Part shown: in pieces, positions 28,838 to 38,690 of the stretch
Layout of the letters: each line of letters starts with the position of its first letter
How positions within the stretch are numbered: position 1 is the stretch's first letter
Assembly (NCBI GenBank): GCA_014238315.1
Contig: JABABG010000021.1
Location: 1-43,329 of the forward strand
Source: Alphaproteobacteria bacterium
GTDB taxonomy: Bacteria; Pseudomonadota; Alphaproteobacteria; JABAAW01
Length of the DNA stretch: 43,329 nt
Direction: 5' to 3'
Made by a program: the position numbers and the translations under genes
Notes under the pieces: model-generated
Databases searched by the model: none
Seen by the model: the letters and a program-made list of their open reading frames with translations, nothing else
What the model was told of the DNA's origin: nothing

Positions 28838-29569
28838 ATGGTTTTTTTGGCTCCCTCTCTGCTTTCGTCTGACTTCGCACGCTTTGGCGAAACGCTTGCG
28901 GCATTCGAGGGTGCGCGAGGTTCAGAGCGCCCTGACATGCTACACTTTGATATAATGGATGGGCATTTTGTCCCTAATCTCACCTTCGGTACTGGTCTTC
29001 TGTGCGCCTTGCGCGATGCGACCGAGATTCCTTTTGATGTTCATCTTATGGTCGAGGGTGCCGAGCGTTACATTTCGGCTTGCAAGGATTGCGGTGCGCA
29101 GAGGGTTGCGGTGCATTTAGAGGCTACTATGCACTTGCCACGATTACTCTCGCAAATTCGCGAGGCTGGCATGCTAGCAGGCGTTGCAATCAACCCCGCA
29201 ACCCCGATAGAGTCCCTAAGTTGGGTTGTTGAGTCGATGGACTACTTAATAATAATGGGAGTAAACCCTGGCTTTAGCGGTCAGAGCTTTATCCCTACGA
29301 CCATAGATAAGTTGCGTAGTGCAAGCGCGATGCTAGGCTCGCGCTGTTCGATAGTTGTCGATGGCGGCGTAAGTACGGATAATGCGGCGGAGCTATGCCG
29401 CGCTGGCGCGGATGTTTTAGTCGCAGGTAGTAGCCTATTTTCCCAGCACGAGCGAAGTGCTGGCGGGCAAAAAAATAACGAACAAGAGGATAGCAAAAAA
29501 GACTATCGACAACTTTTGTCAAGGCTAAGTTTTTTACGCAAAGCTGCGACAAAGAAAGCAATAGAATAG
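28838..29569 (+). CDS. rpe: Ribulose-phosphate 3-epimerase
   Basis: APSLLSSDF, HFDIMDGHFVPNLTFG, DVHLM, MGVNPGFSGQ, VDGG, VAGS. Confidence 0.97.
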   Translation: MVFLAPSLLSSDFARFGETLAAFEGARGSERPDMLHFDIMDGHFVPNLTFGTGLLCALRDATEIPFDVHLMVEGAERYISACKDCGAQRVAVHLEATMHLPRLLSQIREAGMLAGVAINPATPIESLSWVVESMDYLIIMGVNPGFSGQSFIPTTIDKLRSASAMLGSRCSIVVDGGVSTDNAAELCRAGADVLVAGSSLFSQHERSAGGQKNNEQEDSKKDYRQLLSRLSFLRKAATKKAIE

Positions 29570-29582
29570 AGACGAAATCTGA

Positions 29583-30992
29583 ATGATAGAAAGATACGCA
29601 CGCGCCACTATGGTAGCCCTCTGGTCTGATGCAACCCGCTTGCATTTGTGGTGTCTGTTAGAGGTAGCCCTCGCACGAGCACAAGCCAAGCGCAAAGATA
29701 TACCTGAGCAAGCAGCCGGCGTAATCGCGAGGTATACTCGCTTTGACGAGCAGTTGCTCGCGCGTAGCAAGGAGTTAGAGAAAGAAACTCACCACGATGT
29801 CGTAGCCTTCTTGCGTGCGCTCGAAGAAAGGATGGTCGAGGCGGAAAAAGGGTTATCAGGATACTCACGCTACCTGCACTTCGGTGCCACTTCTTCCGAC
29901 ATCCTAGATTCCGCCTTCGCCATCCAACTAGTGCAAGCTGCAAAAATATTAGAGAAGGGCTTGGAATCTCTAAACGAGGCGATAAAGGCTCGCGCGCAAG
30001 AGCATAAAGACACTATCTGCTTGGGGCGCAGTCACGGCATGGCGGCTGAGCCTACAACCTTCGGGCTAAAGCTATTGAGCTTCTACGCGGAGTTTAACCG
30101 CGCTATAGAACGCTTGCAGAAAGCACGAGAGGAGGTCTCTACAATCTCTATGTCTGGTACAGTTGGTCACTACGCCTTCCAGCACCCCGATGTAGAAGTG
30201 GAGGTTGCGAATTACCTCAATCAAACCTTACAAGATTCGTTGCACAAAACTTTGCAAGGCAAAAATTCCGACAAGATTTTAGAGCTAGTAGCAAAGATTC
30301 CTTGGCAGTTGCGTTGCGAGCCTATCGCGACCCAAGTAATTCCGCGCGATCGTCACGCAATGTTTTTTGCGACCCTGGGTGTTATCGCGTCGTCGTTAGA
30401 GCGTCTAAGCACCGAGATTCGCCACCTGCAACGCAGCGAGGTGGCTGAGGTTAGCGAGGATTTTACCGCTGGTCAAACTGGCTCTTCTGCGATGCCGCAT
30501 AAGCGCAATCCGATATTGAGCGAGAATGTAACTGGCTTATCTCGCCTCGTGCGCATGTCGGTGCAACCTGCGCTAGAAAATGTAGCCCTCTGGCACGAGC
30601 GCGACATTTCTCATTCGTCGGTCGAGCGTGTGATAGCACCCGATAGCACGATCACTCTAGACTTCGCCATCGCACGCATGACAAACGTAATTGAAAATTT
30701 ACTCGTCTTTCCGCAGAGCATGGAGAAAAATTTAATCGAGACTAAGGGCGTTCTATTTTCGCACGGCTTGCTACTGCAACTGTTGAAAAAGGGTATCGGA
30801 CGCAACGATGCCTATAAGATCGTCCAGCGCACGAGCATTCTGGCTTTAGATAAAGGAGAAGAGCTAGCAGAAATACTCAAGCTAGACGAAGAAATTAATA
30901 GCCTATTTAGCGATGCGGAGCTTTCTACGCTTAGCGATAATAGCCACTATGTGAGGCATGTCGATGACTTGTTCGCGCGTGTGCTTAAGTGA
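29583..30992 (+). CDS. purB: Adenylosuccinate lyase
   Basis: MIERY, HDVVAF, GRSHG, GSSAMPHKRNP, WHERDISHSSVER. Confidence 0.98.
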   Translation: MIERYARATMVALWSDATRLHLWCLLEVALARAQAKRKDIPEQAAGVIARYTRFDEQLLARSKELEKETHHDVVAFLRALEERMVEAEKGLSGYSRYLHFGATSSDILDSAFAIQLVQAAKILEKGLESLNEAIKARAQEHKDTICLGRSHGMAAEPTTFGLKLLSFYAEFNRAIERLQKAREEVSTISMSGTVGHYAFQHPDVEVEVANYLNQTLQDSLHKTLQGKNSDKILELVAKIPWQLRCEPIATQVIPRDRHAMFFATLGVIASSLERLSTEIRHLQRSEVAEVSEDFTAGQTGSSAMPHKRNPILSENVTGLSRLVRMSVQPALENVALWHERDISHSSVERVIAPDSTITLDFAIARMTNVIENLLVFPQSMEKNLIETKGVLFSHGLLLQLLKKGIGRNDAYKIVQRTSILALDKGEELAEILKLDEEINSLFSDAELSTLSDNSHYVRHVDDLFARVLK

Positions 30993-30993
30993 T

Positions 30994-32943
30994 ATGGCGT
31001 ATTTTATGACGAACTTAATCCTATTATCTTTTTCACGACCTTTCGGGCGATTTTATCAGCAGCCCTTTCCTCACCTACGCTTCCTCTTGACTAGCCTAGG
31101 CTTGCTATTTTGTTTTTTTATTAGCCTTTGCTTTTCTACACTAGTTCTTGCAAATCACGCGAATGCGCAAAAGATTGACCCAGACTTTGGCAGCCTATCG
31201 CCTGAGGAGCTGCTGCTCGACCCTGATCGCCTCGAGGCAGGCGAAGGAGGGGTAATAGAGCGTTGGCGGGCTATCCGCTCTTTTTTAGAAAAGGGTTTGC
31301 AAAACTTTGAGCGAGGCAAAGCCCATGTCTCTATGACACGAGCACTCTTACAAACGAGAGGATGGCAAGAAGCGCAGAGCTACGCGCAATCGATCAACGA
31401 GCCAATTTGGCGGGCTCGCTCTTTGCTCGCTATTGCGGCGGTGCAGTTCAAGACTCGCAATGGTCGTAGTTTTGGCATAAAAAATTTAGAGGAGGCTTTC
31501 TCTATTTTGCGTAGCATACCTAGCGATAAGCTAGGTAAAGACGGCGAGCAGGGATTCCGCATTGTTGGCGAGATGTTTGCGCAACAAGGATTTTTTCAAC
31601 GCGTTTCCTCGTACATACAAAGCGATAACAACATACGAGCTCGCGCTAGGTTTATCGAAGGCGCGCTACCCCACCTTCCTAGGGCGGCTGGATTGGCAAG
31701 AGAAGAGCAAGACAGTTTCATCAACAAACTACTTATACGAGCAACGCAACAAAGTGAGTTAGAAGATTTGCTTCGCCTCTCGGATTACTCGATTCGCAGT
31801 GGCAGGGTAAATGCGTCTAACCGTCTGCTTTTCGAGGCTTACCGCCGTGCGCTCCTGCTACCGCCTGGCGAGCAACGTAACAACAGCTTGGTGCAAGTTG
31901 CTACTCACATGCTCTCAAACGGCACTTTCCGCGATGCTCTTCGCGCGATTCGCCGAATCGAGAATCCTTATCTGCAAAGCGGTTTACTGGCAGAAACCGG
32001 CAGGAGAATGATCCAAGCAAAAATGAGTTTCGCCGGACAACCCCTGATGTCTCTTGCAAACGACATCGCATTAACACTAGATACAGAGCAAAAACGCAGT
32101 GCTTTGTTGCGCTTATCTATCGAATATGCCTTGTCTGGTGACTTTGCTGTCGCTTGGGATGTTTTGCAAGATATCGAAGACCTCTATCAACGTTCGCGCG
32201 GAATTCTCGCACTCTCATTTGTGTTGAGCGAGAGCGAGGATGTGGGGCGCGCGCTTGAGATACAGGAATTTATCCCAGATGCAAACCTACGCGCGAAATT
32301 TATTACGCATGCAGCAAGACAAATAGCAGAAGGTTTAGGACCTCAAGAACTAACCGACCTAATTATAAATTTAGTTGAATCAGATGACTTTGCACAAGGA
32401 CAGGGCGATAATAGCCTATCGCCTGAAAATGTCGAAGGATTGTTAGAGGCTCAGCTCGCCTTTGGCAACGGTCGCAGGAACAAGATATTATTCGAACGCA
32501 CCTTCGAGCGCACGATGGCACAGAACCAGTCTTTGTTTTCTCGTTTGCGAGCGGAACTACGCTTTTTGCGTATCGATGCTCGCCGCAGCGAACGCCAAGC
32601 GCAAGCAGCACAAGAGAGAATCGAGTCTCTACTAATAAGTATGTGGGTATATCATAACGAGCCAGAATATCCTCAAATAGTAGAAAGCGCGGTCGAATTT
32701 TTCATAACCCAAAATAACCTAACTCGCGCATTCACTATAGTAGAGTCTCTTGCCAAGGAAAAATATCTTAACCAACAGAGCATAGACGAAACCCACGACC
32801 GTCTACTATCGACCATCGCTTTTCAAGCAGCCCGCCGTGCAAATGAAGGTCTCGCATTACGCGCTATTGCAAGCGTAAAGCAAAAAAAAGAAAAATCTAA
32901 CTCGTTTGCAAAAATAATTGACATAGCCGCCAACATACCGTAG
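30994..32943 (+). CDS. Exported alpha-helical repeat (TPR-like) hypothetical protein
   Basis: Hydrophobic N-terminus ending ANHANA; repeated A..I.[DN]P/L..R/S..L helical units; start chosen just after the purB stop. Confidence 0.6.
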   Translation: MAYFMTNLILLSFSRPFGRFYQQPFPHLRFLLTSLGLLFCFFISLCFSTLVLANHANAQKIDPDFGSLSPEELLLDPDRLEAGEGGVIERWRAIRSFLEKGLQNFERGKAHVSMTRALLQTRGWQEAQSYAQSINEPIWRARSLLAIAAVQFKTRNGRSFGIKNLEEAFSILRSIPSDKLGKDGEQGFRIVGEMFAQQGFFQRVSSYIQSDNNIRARARFIEGALPHLPRAAGLAREEQDSFINKLLIRATQQSELEDLLRLSDYSIRSGRVNASNRLLFEAYRRALLLPPGEQRNNSLVQVATHMLSNGTFRDALRAIRRIENPYLQSGLLAETGRRMIQAKMSFAGQPLMSLANDIALTLDTEQKRSALLRLSIEYALSGDFAVAWDVLQDIEDLYQRSRGILALSFVLSESEDVGRALEIQEFIPDANLRAKFITHAARQIAEGLGPQELTDLIINLVESDDFAQGQGDNSLSPENVEGLLEAQLAFGNGRRNKILFERTFERTMAQNQSLFSRLRAELRFLRIDARRSERQAQAAQERIESLLISMWVYHNEPEYPQIVESAVEFFITQNNLTRAFTIVESLAKEKYLNQQSIDETHDRLLSTIAFQAARRANEGLALRAIASVKQKKEKSNSFAKIIDIAANIP

Positions 32944-32994
32944 GGGCTAGAACAAAATTACACTCAACCACAACGAACAAAGGAGTATCGAAAA

Positions 32995-34107
32995 ATGTTA
33001 AGCCTTCGCAAACCATTCAGAGTGCAGATTAGCGGATCCATACTTATCGCTTTATTCTTCGCGCTAGGATTGCAGCTAAACTCACAAAACTCATTTACCG
33101 AAATATTTAGTCTAAGAAATGCGTCAGCCCAACAAGTATCTGCCCAACAAGCATCTGATAGAGTAGTAAACGTCTATAGCTACCGCTCTCGTTTTTTGAC
33201 ACAAGATGTTTTTGATAAATTTACAGAGCGCACGAAGATTAACGTCCGTTTGGTCTCCGCAAAAGAAGGGCTAGTCGAACGCATCGCGCAAGAGGGGCAA
33301 AACAGCCCCGCAGATGTCCTTATATCTAACGACTCGACCAGATTATACCAAGCAAAAGAGCAAAACATCACGAGTCCGATAGATGACAATAGCTTCGCTG
33401 GTAACAAACTTCCTAACCATCTTCGCGACAAGGCTCGCCATTGGTTTGCATTAACAAGGCGAGCTCGTATATTGTACGTCGCCCAAGAGCGTTTGGGTAA
33501 TGAGAAAATTCGCCGCTACGAAGACCTAGCACTTCCTCAATGGAAAGGGCGCGTATGTACTAGGTCGTTCAACCACGACTATAATTTGGACTTACTCTCT
33601 GCAATACTTGTCCACGATGGTCGTAACAAGACGAAGAAGTGGCTTTATGGTCTGCGCGACAACTTAGCTCGCAAGCCGCAAGGCAACGACAGAGCGCAAA
33701 TCAGAGCCGTATCCGAGGGTATTTGCGATATTGCCATCGGCAATAGCTACTACTATGGCGTCATGCTGTCTGATCCGAAGCAAAGGAATTGGACTAAAGA
33801 TGTCACGCCGATTTTTCCTAATCAGAACGACTACGGAACGCATATCAACATCACTGGCATGGCTTTGATCCTTAACGCGCCGAATAGGAACGAGGCTCTG
33901 GAGCTGATGTCGTTTTTGCTTTCGTTTGCAGCGCAGAGTATTTTTGCGCAAAAGAACTTCGAGTATCCTGCTTTAGACGGCGTTCCTCCAGCGGACTTGT
34001 TGCAGCAATGGGGAGTCTTCAAACAAGATGTTCTGAACCCTAGCCAGATTGCCAAATCGCGCCGCAAGTCAATCGAGCTAGTGCACGAGGTTGACTTCAA
34101 CCGTTAA
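32995..34107 (+). CDS. Fe(III) ABC transporter substrate-binding protein (FutA/FbpA family)
   Basis: VNVYSYR, EGQNSPADV, YEDLA.PQWKGRVCTRS, PQGNDRAQIRA, NSYYY iron-ligand tyrosines; AAGGAG RBS. Confidence 0.92.
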   Translation: MLSLRKPFRVQISGSILIALFFALGLQLNSQNSFTEIFSLRNASAQQVSAQQASDRVVNVYSYRSRFLTQDVFDKFTERTKINVRLVSAKEGLVERIAQEGQNSPADVLISNDSTRLYQAKEQNITSPIDDNSFAGNKLPNHLRDKARHWFALTRRARILYVAQERLGNEKIRRYEDLALPQWKGRVCTRSFNHDYNLDLLSAILVHDGRNKTKKWLYGLRDNLARKPQGNDRAQIRAVSEGICDIAIGNSYYYGVMLSDPKQRNWTKDVTPIFPNQNDYGTHINITGMALILNAPNRNEALELMSFLLSFAAQSIFAQKNFEYPALDGVPPADLLQQWGVFKQDVLNPSQIAKSRRKSIELVHEVDFNR

Positions 34108-34155
34108 GCTAATATAAATATACTTTCTCCAACCTTTCCCTAACCTTGTCTGTGC

Positions 34156-34710
34156 CTATATCCGCGGCAGGGTTATGCCTTTTTGTTTATGGTATTTCCC
34201 TTCCCGCATTGCGTATGTTATCTCGCAGGGTTCAGAGCCTTGGAAGAATAGAAATTGGCATGCCCCTTCGTTTGCATAGATGCGCGCCGGCAAGGGAGTC
34301 GTGTTAGAAAACTCCAACGTTACATTACCCTCCCACTCTGGCTCTAGAGGCGTCACATTTACTATGATTCCGCATCTTGCGTAGGTAGACTTACCAACGC
34401 ATACGACTAGGACATCTTTGGGGACTCGAAAGTATTCGACCGTGCGCGCGAGAACAAAAGAGTTTGGAGGTATCGTGCATTCCCCGCCTTTTTTACGCAC
34501 GAATGCGCTTTCGTCGAATTTTTTAGGGTCGACCACCGCACTGTTGACATTTGTAAAAACCATAAACTCGTCTGATACGCGCGCATCGTATCCGTATGAC
34601 GACAAGCCATACGATATTATGGAGTTACTTTTTTGCCGATCTGCGAACGGCGTGATCATATCGTTTTCTTCCGCTTGCGTTCGTATCCAATGGTCTGGCA
34701 GGATGCTCAT
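34156..34710 (-). CDS. dcd: dCTP deaminase
   Basis: [38 protein letters not shown]. Confidence 0.97.
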   Translation of the reverse strand: MSILPDHWIRTQAEENDMITPFADRQKSNSIISYGLSSYGYDARVSDEFMVFTNVNSAVVDPKKFDESAFVRKKGGECTIPPNSFVLARTVEYFRVPKDVLVVCVGKSTYARCGIIVNVTPLEPEWEGNVTLEFSNTTPLPARIYANEGACQFLFFQGSEPCEITYAMREGKYHKQKGITLPRI

Positions 34711-34784
34711 ATCTGTTTCCTATTTAGAAAATATTTACGCTACAGCCTACACGAATAGCCTAACTATTTCTTTAGGTATGCAAA

Positions 34785-34820
34785 TATGTATAACTCTTTT
34801 GTGCATAACTATGTGGATAA
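34785..34820 (-). promoter_or_regulatory. Cluster of DnaA boxes
   Basis: Minus strand TTATCCACA (34812-34820, perfect), TTATGCACA (34800-34808) and TTATACATA (34785-34793), all in one orientation. Confidence 0.65.
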
Positions 34821-35022
34821 CGATAGTCACGCCCTCCCAACCGAAGGGCGATTTTTCCTATAGTTTCTACACTCTAGAGTAGACTCAAGCATAGTATGGA
34901 CAATTGCTCGACACTAGGTTAGGGTTAGCGTTGTCTGCACTTGCCGATTAATCTTATATCTTTTTATTTATTTCGCCATCTCGTTCATTTGTCGAAGTTT
35001 CTTTATTTGAATTATTTTTAGC

Positions 35023-36162
35023 ATGGACTTGTTACGCATAGGTACTCGTTGCTCGCCACTTTCGCTCCAGCAGACTCTGCAGGCAGAGTCTTTCTTGCGC
35101 CTAAAATCAGGCGATAGTTTTAGGCACTTTTCGTTAGTTAAAATAACGACAAGCGGCGACCGAATACTAGACAAACCTCTTTATGAGATAGGTGGCAAGA
35201 GTTTATTTACAAAAGAGCTCGACCTCGCGTTGCTCGATGAGCGCATTGACCTTGCTGTGCATTCTGCCAAAGACATTGAATCGGTTTTGCCCAAGGGACT
35301 AGTTATTGCTTGTTACCTTCCGCGCGGCGATAGACGCGATTGCTTGATAACTTCCAGCGGCACTGCCCAATCTAGCGCGAGTGATGATGGTGTTGCCGAC
35401 TTGCTACGATTAGCGAAGAACGCTCGGCTTGGCACTGCATCACCGCGGCGTAGGGCTCTTGTTCAGCTACTGAGGAGCGACTTAGAGATAACCTTGCTTA
35501 GAGGCAATATAGAGAGGCGTTTAGAAAGCATTTTTTCTGGGACGAACGACGCTATCATACTGGCTAGCTGCGCTTTAGAACGACTAGGCTATGATATTAC
35601 TAATGATATTCGCAAGGCTATCGCTATTAGCAAACTAGACGAGTATGAGTTTGTGCCGGCTGCTGCTCAGGGTGCTATCGCCATAGTAGTACGCGAGTCC
35701 GATAGCAGATTGTGGAGAAAGTTGCAGTCGATAAGCGACAGTAGTTGTCAAGTTGAGGTTTCCGCGGAGCGTGCTTTTTTGCGTCAAGTCGGTGGTTCTT
35801 GTCACGCAGCGTTAGGCGCATCGGCGCGCTTGAGACGAAATAGGCAAGATAAGCTTTTGGATGGCGGTTCGGATACCTCTCTTGAGCTAAACCTATGCGC
35901 TTTCGTTATCGAGGATGGTAAAAAGAAACAACTTCAGCTCAAGGAGATTGGCAAGCCCTCTTCTGCTACTATCTCTTTAGGTCAAGCAGAGTTACTCGGC
36001 GTAAGAATGGCAAAAGAGCTAGCGAGCCCCAAGCATGAGCCCAAACATAAGCCTAATTCCAGAACCGAACTTTCGCAAGAGACAACAATCGGTGGTAGAG
36101 GACAAAGCCAAATCAAGCAAGTGCTTGGCGATGAGGAAACCCCGCAAGTACCATTCTCCTAA
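35023..36162 (+). CDS. hemC: Hydroxymethylbilane synthase
   Basis: RIGTRCSPL, TSGDRILD, GGKSLFTKEL, AVHSAKD, GTASPRR, LRGN, AERAFL..VGGSC. Confidence 0.95.
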   Translation: MDLLRIGTRCSPLSLQQTLQAESFLRLKSGDSFRHFSLVKITTSGDRILDKPLYEIGGKSLFTKELDLALLDERIDLAVHSAKDIESVLPKGLVIACYLPRGDRRDCLITSSGTAQSSASDDGVADLLRLAKNARLGTASPRRRALVQLLRSDLEITLLRGNIERRLESIFSGTNDAIILASCALERLGYDITNDIRKAIAISKLDEYEFVPAAAQGAIAIVVRESDSRLWRKLQSISDSSCQVEVSAERAFLRQVGGSCHAALGASARLRRNRQDKLLDGGSDTSLELNLCAFVIEDGKKKQLQLKEIGKPSSATISLGQAELLGVRMAKELASPKHEPKHKPNSRTELSQETTIGGRGQSQIKQVLGDEETPQVPFS

Positions 36163-36190
36163 GTAGCATTCTCCTAAGTAGCATTCTCTT
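36146..36190. repeat. 15-bp tandem repeat, 3 copies, across the hemC stop
   Basis: aagtaccattctcct aagtagcattctcct aagtagcattctctt. Confidence 0.9.
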
Positions 36191-36259
36191 AAATGTTTTG
36201 CCAAGCAAACTAGAAGGGCTTATAAATATCAATATATCCACTCGATGACAAGTTAGCCT

Positions 36260-37024
36260 ATGAAGCAAATTTTGCTACTGGCGCGTATCTTTGAGGAATC
36301 CCACGCGAGCGCGGCGAGATTGCGTCGGCGTGGGTGGTCTGTATATCGCGCGCCTTTGTTGCGCTTACGCTCTATTCTTGCGCCTGATTTGCATAATGCG
36401 TTGTTACGAGCTCATGCTATCGCCCTGACTTCAAAAAGCGCACTGCATGCACTTCCGGCTTCTTTGCTTGAACTACAGGAGATTCGAGCATTGCGAGTAT
36501 ACGCGGTAGGTGAGGAAACGGCGGCTCTTGCTGATAGAAAGGGATTCCGAGACATACGTACAGCTGGCTCCAACGTTGATACGCTGTACGACTTGATCGA
36601 ACAAGATGCGTGCAAAAAACATTCTATAATACACCTTTGCGGCAAGTATATTCATGGGAATCTTGTAGCAAAATTGCTTGATAACGGCTATTCTGCGGAA
36701 AGTATAACGCTTTACGAGGCAGTTTCGGCACGAAACCTGCCTATATCAATCGAGAGGTTGTTTAGACAAAACAGAGTGTACGCCTCCATCATATATTCTG
36801 CTCGATCAGCGGACATTTTTGCTAGGCTGTACGCTCAACAGATACAGGATGGAAAAAATCAAAGGCAAGTTATAGACAAACCATTACGGTTTTTTTGCCT
36901 ATCGCAACGGATAGGCGAGCGCATCGCGCAGCACTTTCCGCCCGCGCTTATCGCCTGCGCTAAAGAACCGAGCGAAAAGAGCCTATTGCAAACCATCGAT
37001 AATTTCAAATTACATTATGGCTAA
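36260..37024 (+). CDS. hemD: Uroporphyrinogen-III synthase
   Basis: ALTSKSAL, YAVGEETA, LYEA, YSARSA, CLSQRI, PSEKSLL; follows hemC. Confidence 0.88.
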   Translation: MKQILLLARIFEESHASAARLRRRGWSVYRAPLLRLRSILAPDLHNALLRAHAIALTSKSALHALPASLLELQEIRALRVYAVGEETAALADRKGFRDIRTAGSNVDTLYDLIEQDACKKHSIIHLCGKYIHGNLVAKLLDNGYSAESITLYEAVSARNLPISIERLFRQNRVYASIIYSARSADIFARLYAQQIQDGKNQRQVIDKPLRFFCLSQRIGERIAQHFPPALIACAKEPSEKSLLQTIDNFKLHYG

Positions 37025-38627
37025 CGAAGAGAAGAAAAAAAACGTCAAAGCTACTAGCAGTGCTACTGGCAGCACTGCTAGCGGCGAGGTAGAACAGATC
37101 GACTTCGCGAGTAGCGAGGTTATGGAAGAGTTGATAGCGCGCTTTGGTGGTCTCCGCCCATTCGCCAATAGCCTAGGTCTTGCAGTCGGCACAGTGCAGG
37201 GCTGGAAGAAGCGCAACTCTGTTCCGATTGCGCATCAGCAACGGATTCGCGAGCTACTAGGCGAAAAGGGCATGGCGATAAGCAAGTTAGGAGATAAAGG
37301 CGGTAGCAAAGACAAGCCTATAGCCACCTCGGCCTTGCGATCCGATAGCCCATCTAAAATTCCTGCAGACACACCACCAGATACTTCTGCCAATACTTCA
37401 AACGATGAACGAGTTGCTATCGAAGAAAGCCTCGTTAGTGCCTTCACGGGCGAAGACAGCTCATCCAGCGATGAACAAGATAGCGGCTTGGACATATCCA
37501 AAGATGTATGGGAGCACGCCGCCCTACCTCGTAGTACCAGCGGGCATTGGGCAATGCTAATCTCCTTTATCGCTTTGATAGGTGTTTTAACTCGACCTTT
37601 ATGGGCAGAGCGAATAGACGCAAAGCTAATGGCAACAATAGCAGGAGACAGCCACAGTACTGAATCGCATGCTGATGATACTGCGGATACCTCTACTGAT
37701 AGTAAAACCAGTGCCCATCAAGGCGACGATGACGCGTCTCAAGTTGAACAAGATTTACTGGGACGATTGCTAGAACTGGAGAAGAAAGTTTCTTCGGTCG
37801 ATGAGAGTCAAGGCGTGCTAGACGCTACCGAGATGCGCCGTCTGAAAAGCGAAAGTAGCGCGCTTGCGGCAGCATTTGACAGCCAAGCCGCGCGTCTAGA
37901 CTCTTTGAGTAAGCTTTTGCAGGAACGAGAAGAGACTCTTGCGAGCTTAAGGAAAAAAGTAGAGCGTGTTGAGAAAAACAACGCAAGTGTAAGGCTCACG
38001 CAACGATTGAATGCTCTTTTCGAGCTCGAAAACATAGCTTACGAAATAGCGCAAAATACAGCTAGCGGGGGTTTTTCTCTACAATCGTTAAAGCAAGCTC
38101 TAGAGCAAGCCTTACCTTCGCACGAAAACGAATCGCTTTCCCGCACTTTGACGACACTAGGACAGGCAAATAGCATAGCTACTCCTAGGCAACTACTTTT
38201 GGACTATCGTTTGTTGTTGCCAGACCTGTTAACGATGCAAGCGCATTCAGGTGATGCGAGTTTAGGCGAGAGGTTCCGCGCACAACTATTTACGGTTTTT
38301 TCTATCAGACACCGCGGCGATGAAACTGACCGCAATCCCTTCTTGAAAATCGAGCAATTGCTGGAAGAGCATAGCAACGATAGAGCCGAGAAACTCCTAC
38401 AGCAAACTACGGCACCTTGGCTAAGTGGTGATGCTCTGGAAGACGGAACAAAGATAAAACTAGGAGCAGAGACAGACCCTTCTTCGCTTAAGTCGCGGCT
38501 TGCATCTTTTCAGGCTAAACTCGCGGCACGCAACAGCGTATTTGCGGCTATGCGTGAGATAAGACAAAAACTCAGTAGCGATAGTAGCCTGAGCCAGGGA
38601 TCCCTTGATGCGGACTCTAATCGTTAA
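37017..38627 (+). CDS. Mic60/mitofilin-like (COG4223-type) inner-membrane protein with an N-terminal HTH
   Basis: Sits between hemD and hemY, the known alphaproteobacterial Mic60 locus; single TM at about 37543-37607, long coiled coil, C-terminal SLGERFRAQLFTVFSIR segment. Confidence 0.7.
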   Translation: MANEEKKKNVKATSSATGSTASGEVEQIDFASSEVMEELIARFGGLRPFANSLGLAVGTVQGWKKRNSVPIAHQQRIRELLGEKGMAISKLGDKGGSKDKPIATSALRSDSPSKIPADTPPDTSANTSNDERVAIEESLVSAFTGEDSSSSDEQDSGLDISKDVWEHAALPRSTSGHWAMLISFIALIGVLTRPLWAERIDAKLMATIAGDSHSTESHADDTADTSTDSKTSAHQGDDDASQVEQDLLGRLLELEKKVSSVDESQGVLDATEMRRLKSESSALAAAFDSQAARLDSLSKLLQEREETLASLRKKVERVEKNNASVRLTQRLNALFELENIAYEIAQNTASGGFSLQSLKQALEQALPSHENESLSRTLTTLGQANSIATPRQLLLDYRLLLPDLLTMQAHSGDASLGERFRAQLFTVFSIRHRGDETDRNPFLKIEQLLEEHSNDRAEKLLQQTTAPWLSGDALEDGTKIKLGAETDPSSLKSRLASFQAKLAARNSVFAAMREIRQKLSSDSSLSQGSLDADSNR

Positions 38628-38690
38628 AGGTAATTCGCCCTTTAGCCCCTTGCCATTTGGTCGGAACATATATTTGTAGCTATTTTAATT

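Noticed and set aside
34418-34882. 154-aa plus-strand ORF
   Set aside because: Antisense to dcd; its end merely translates the DnaA-box cluster
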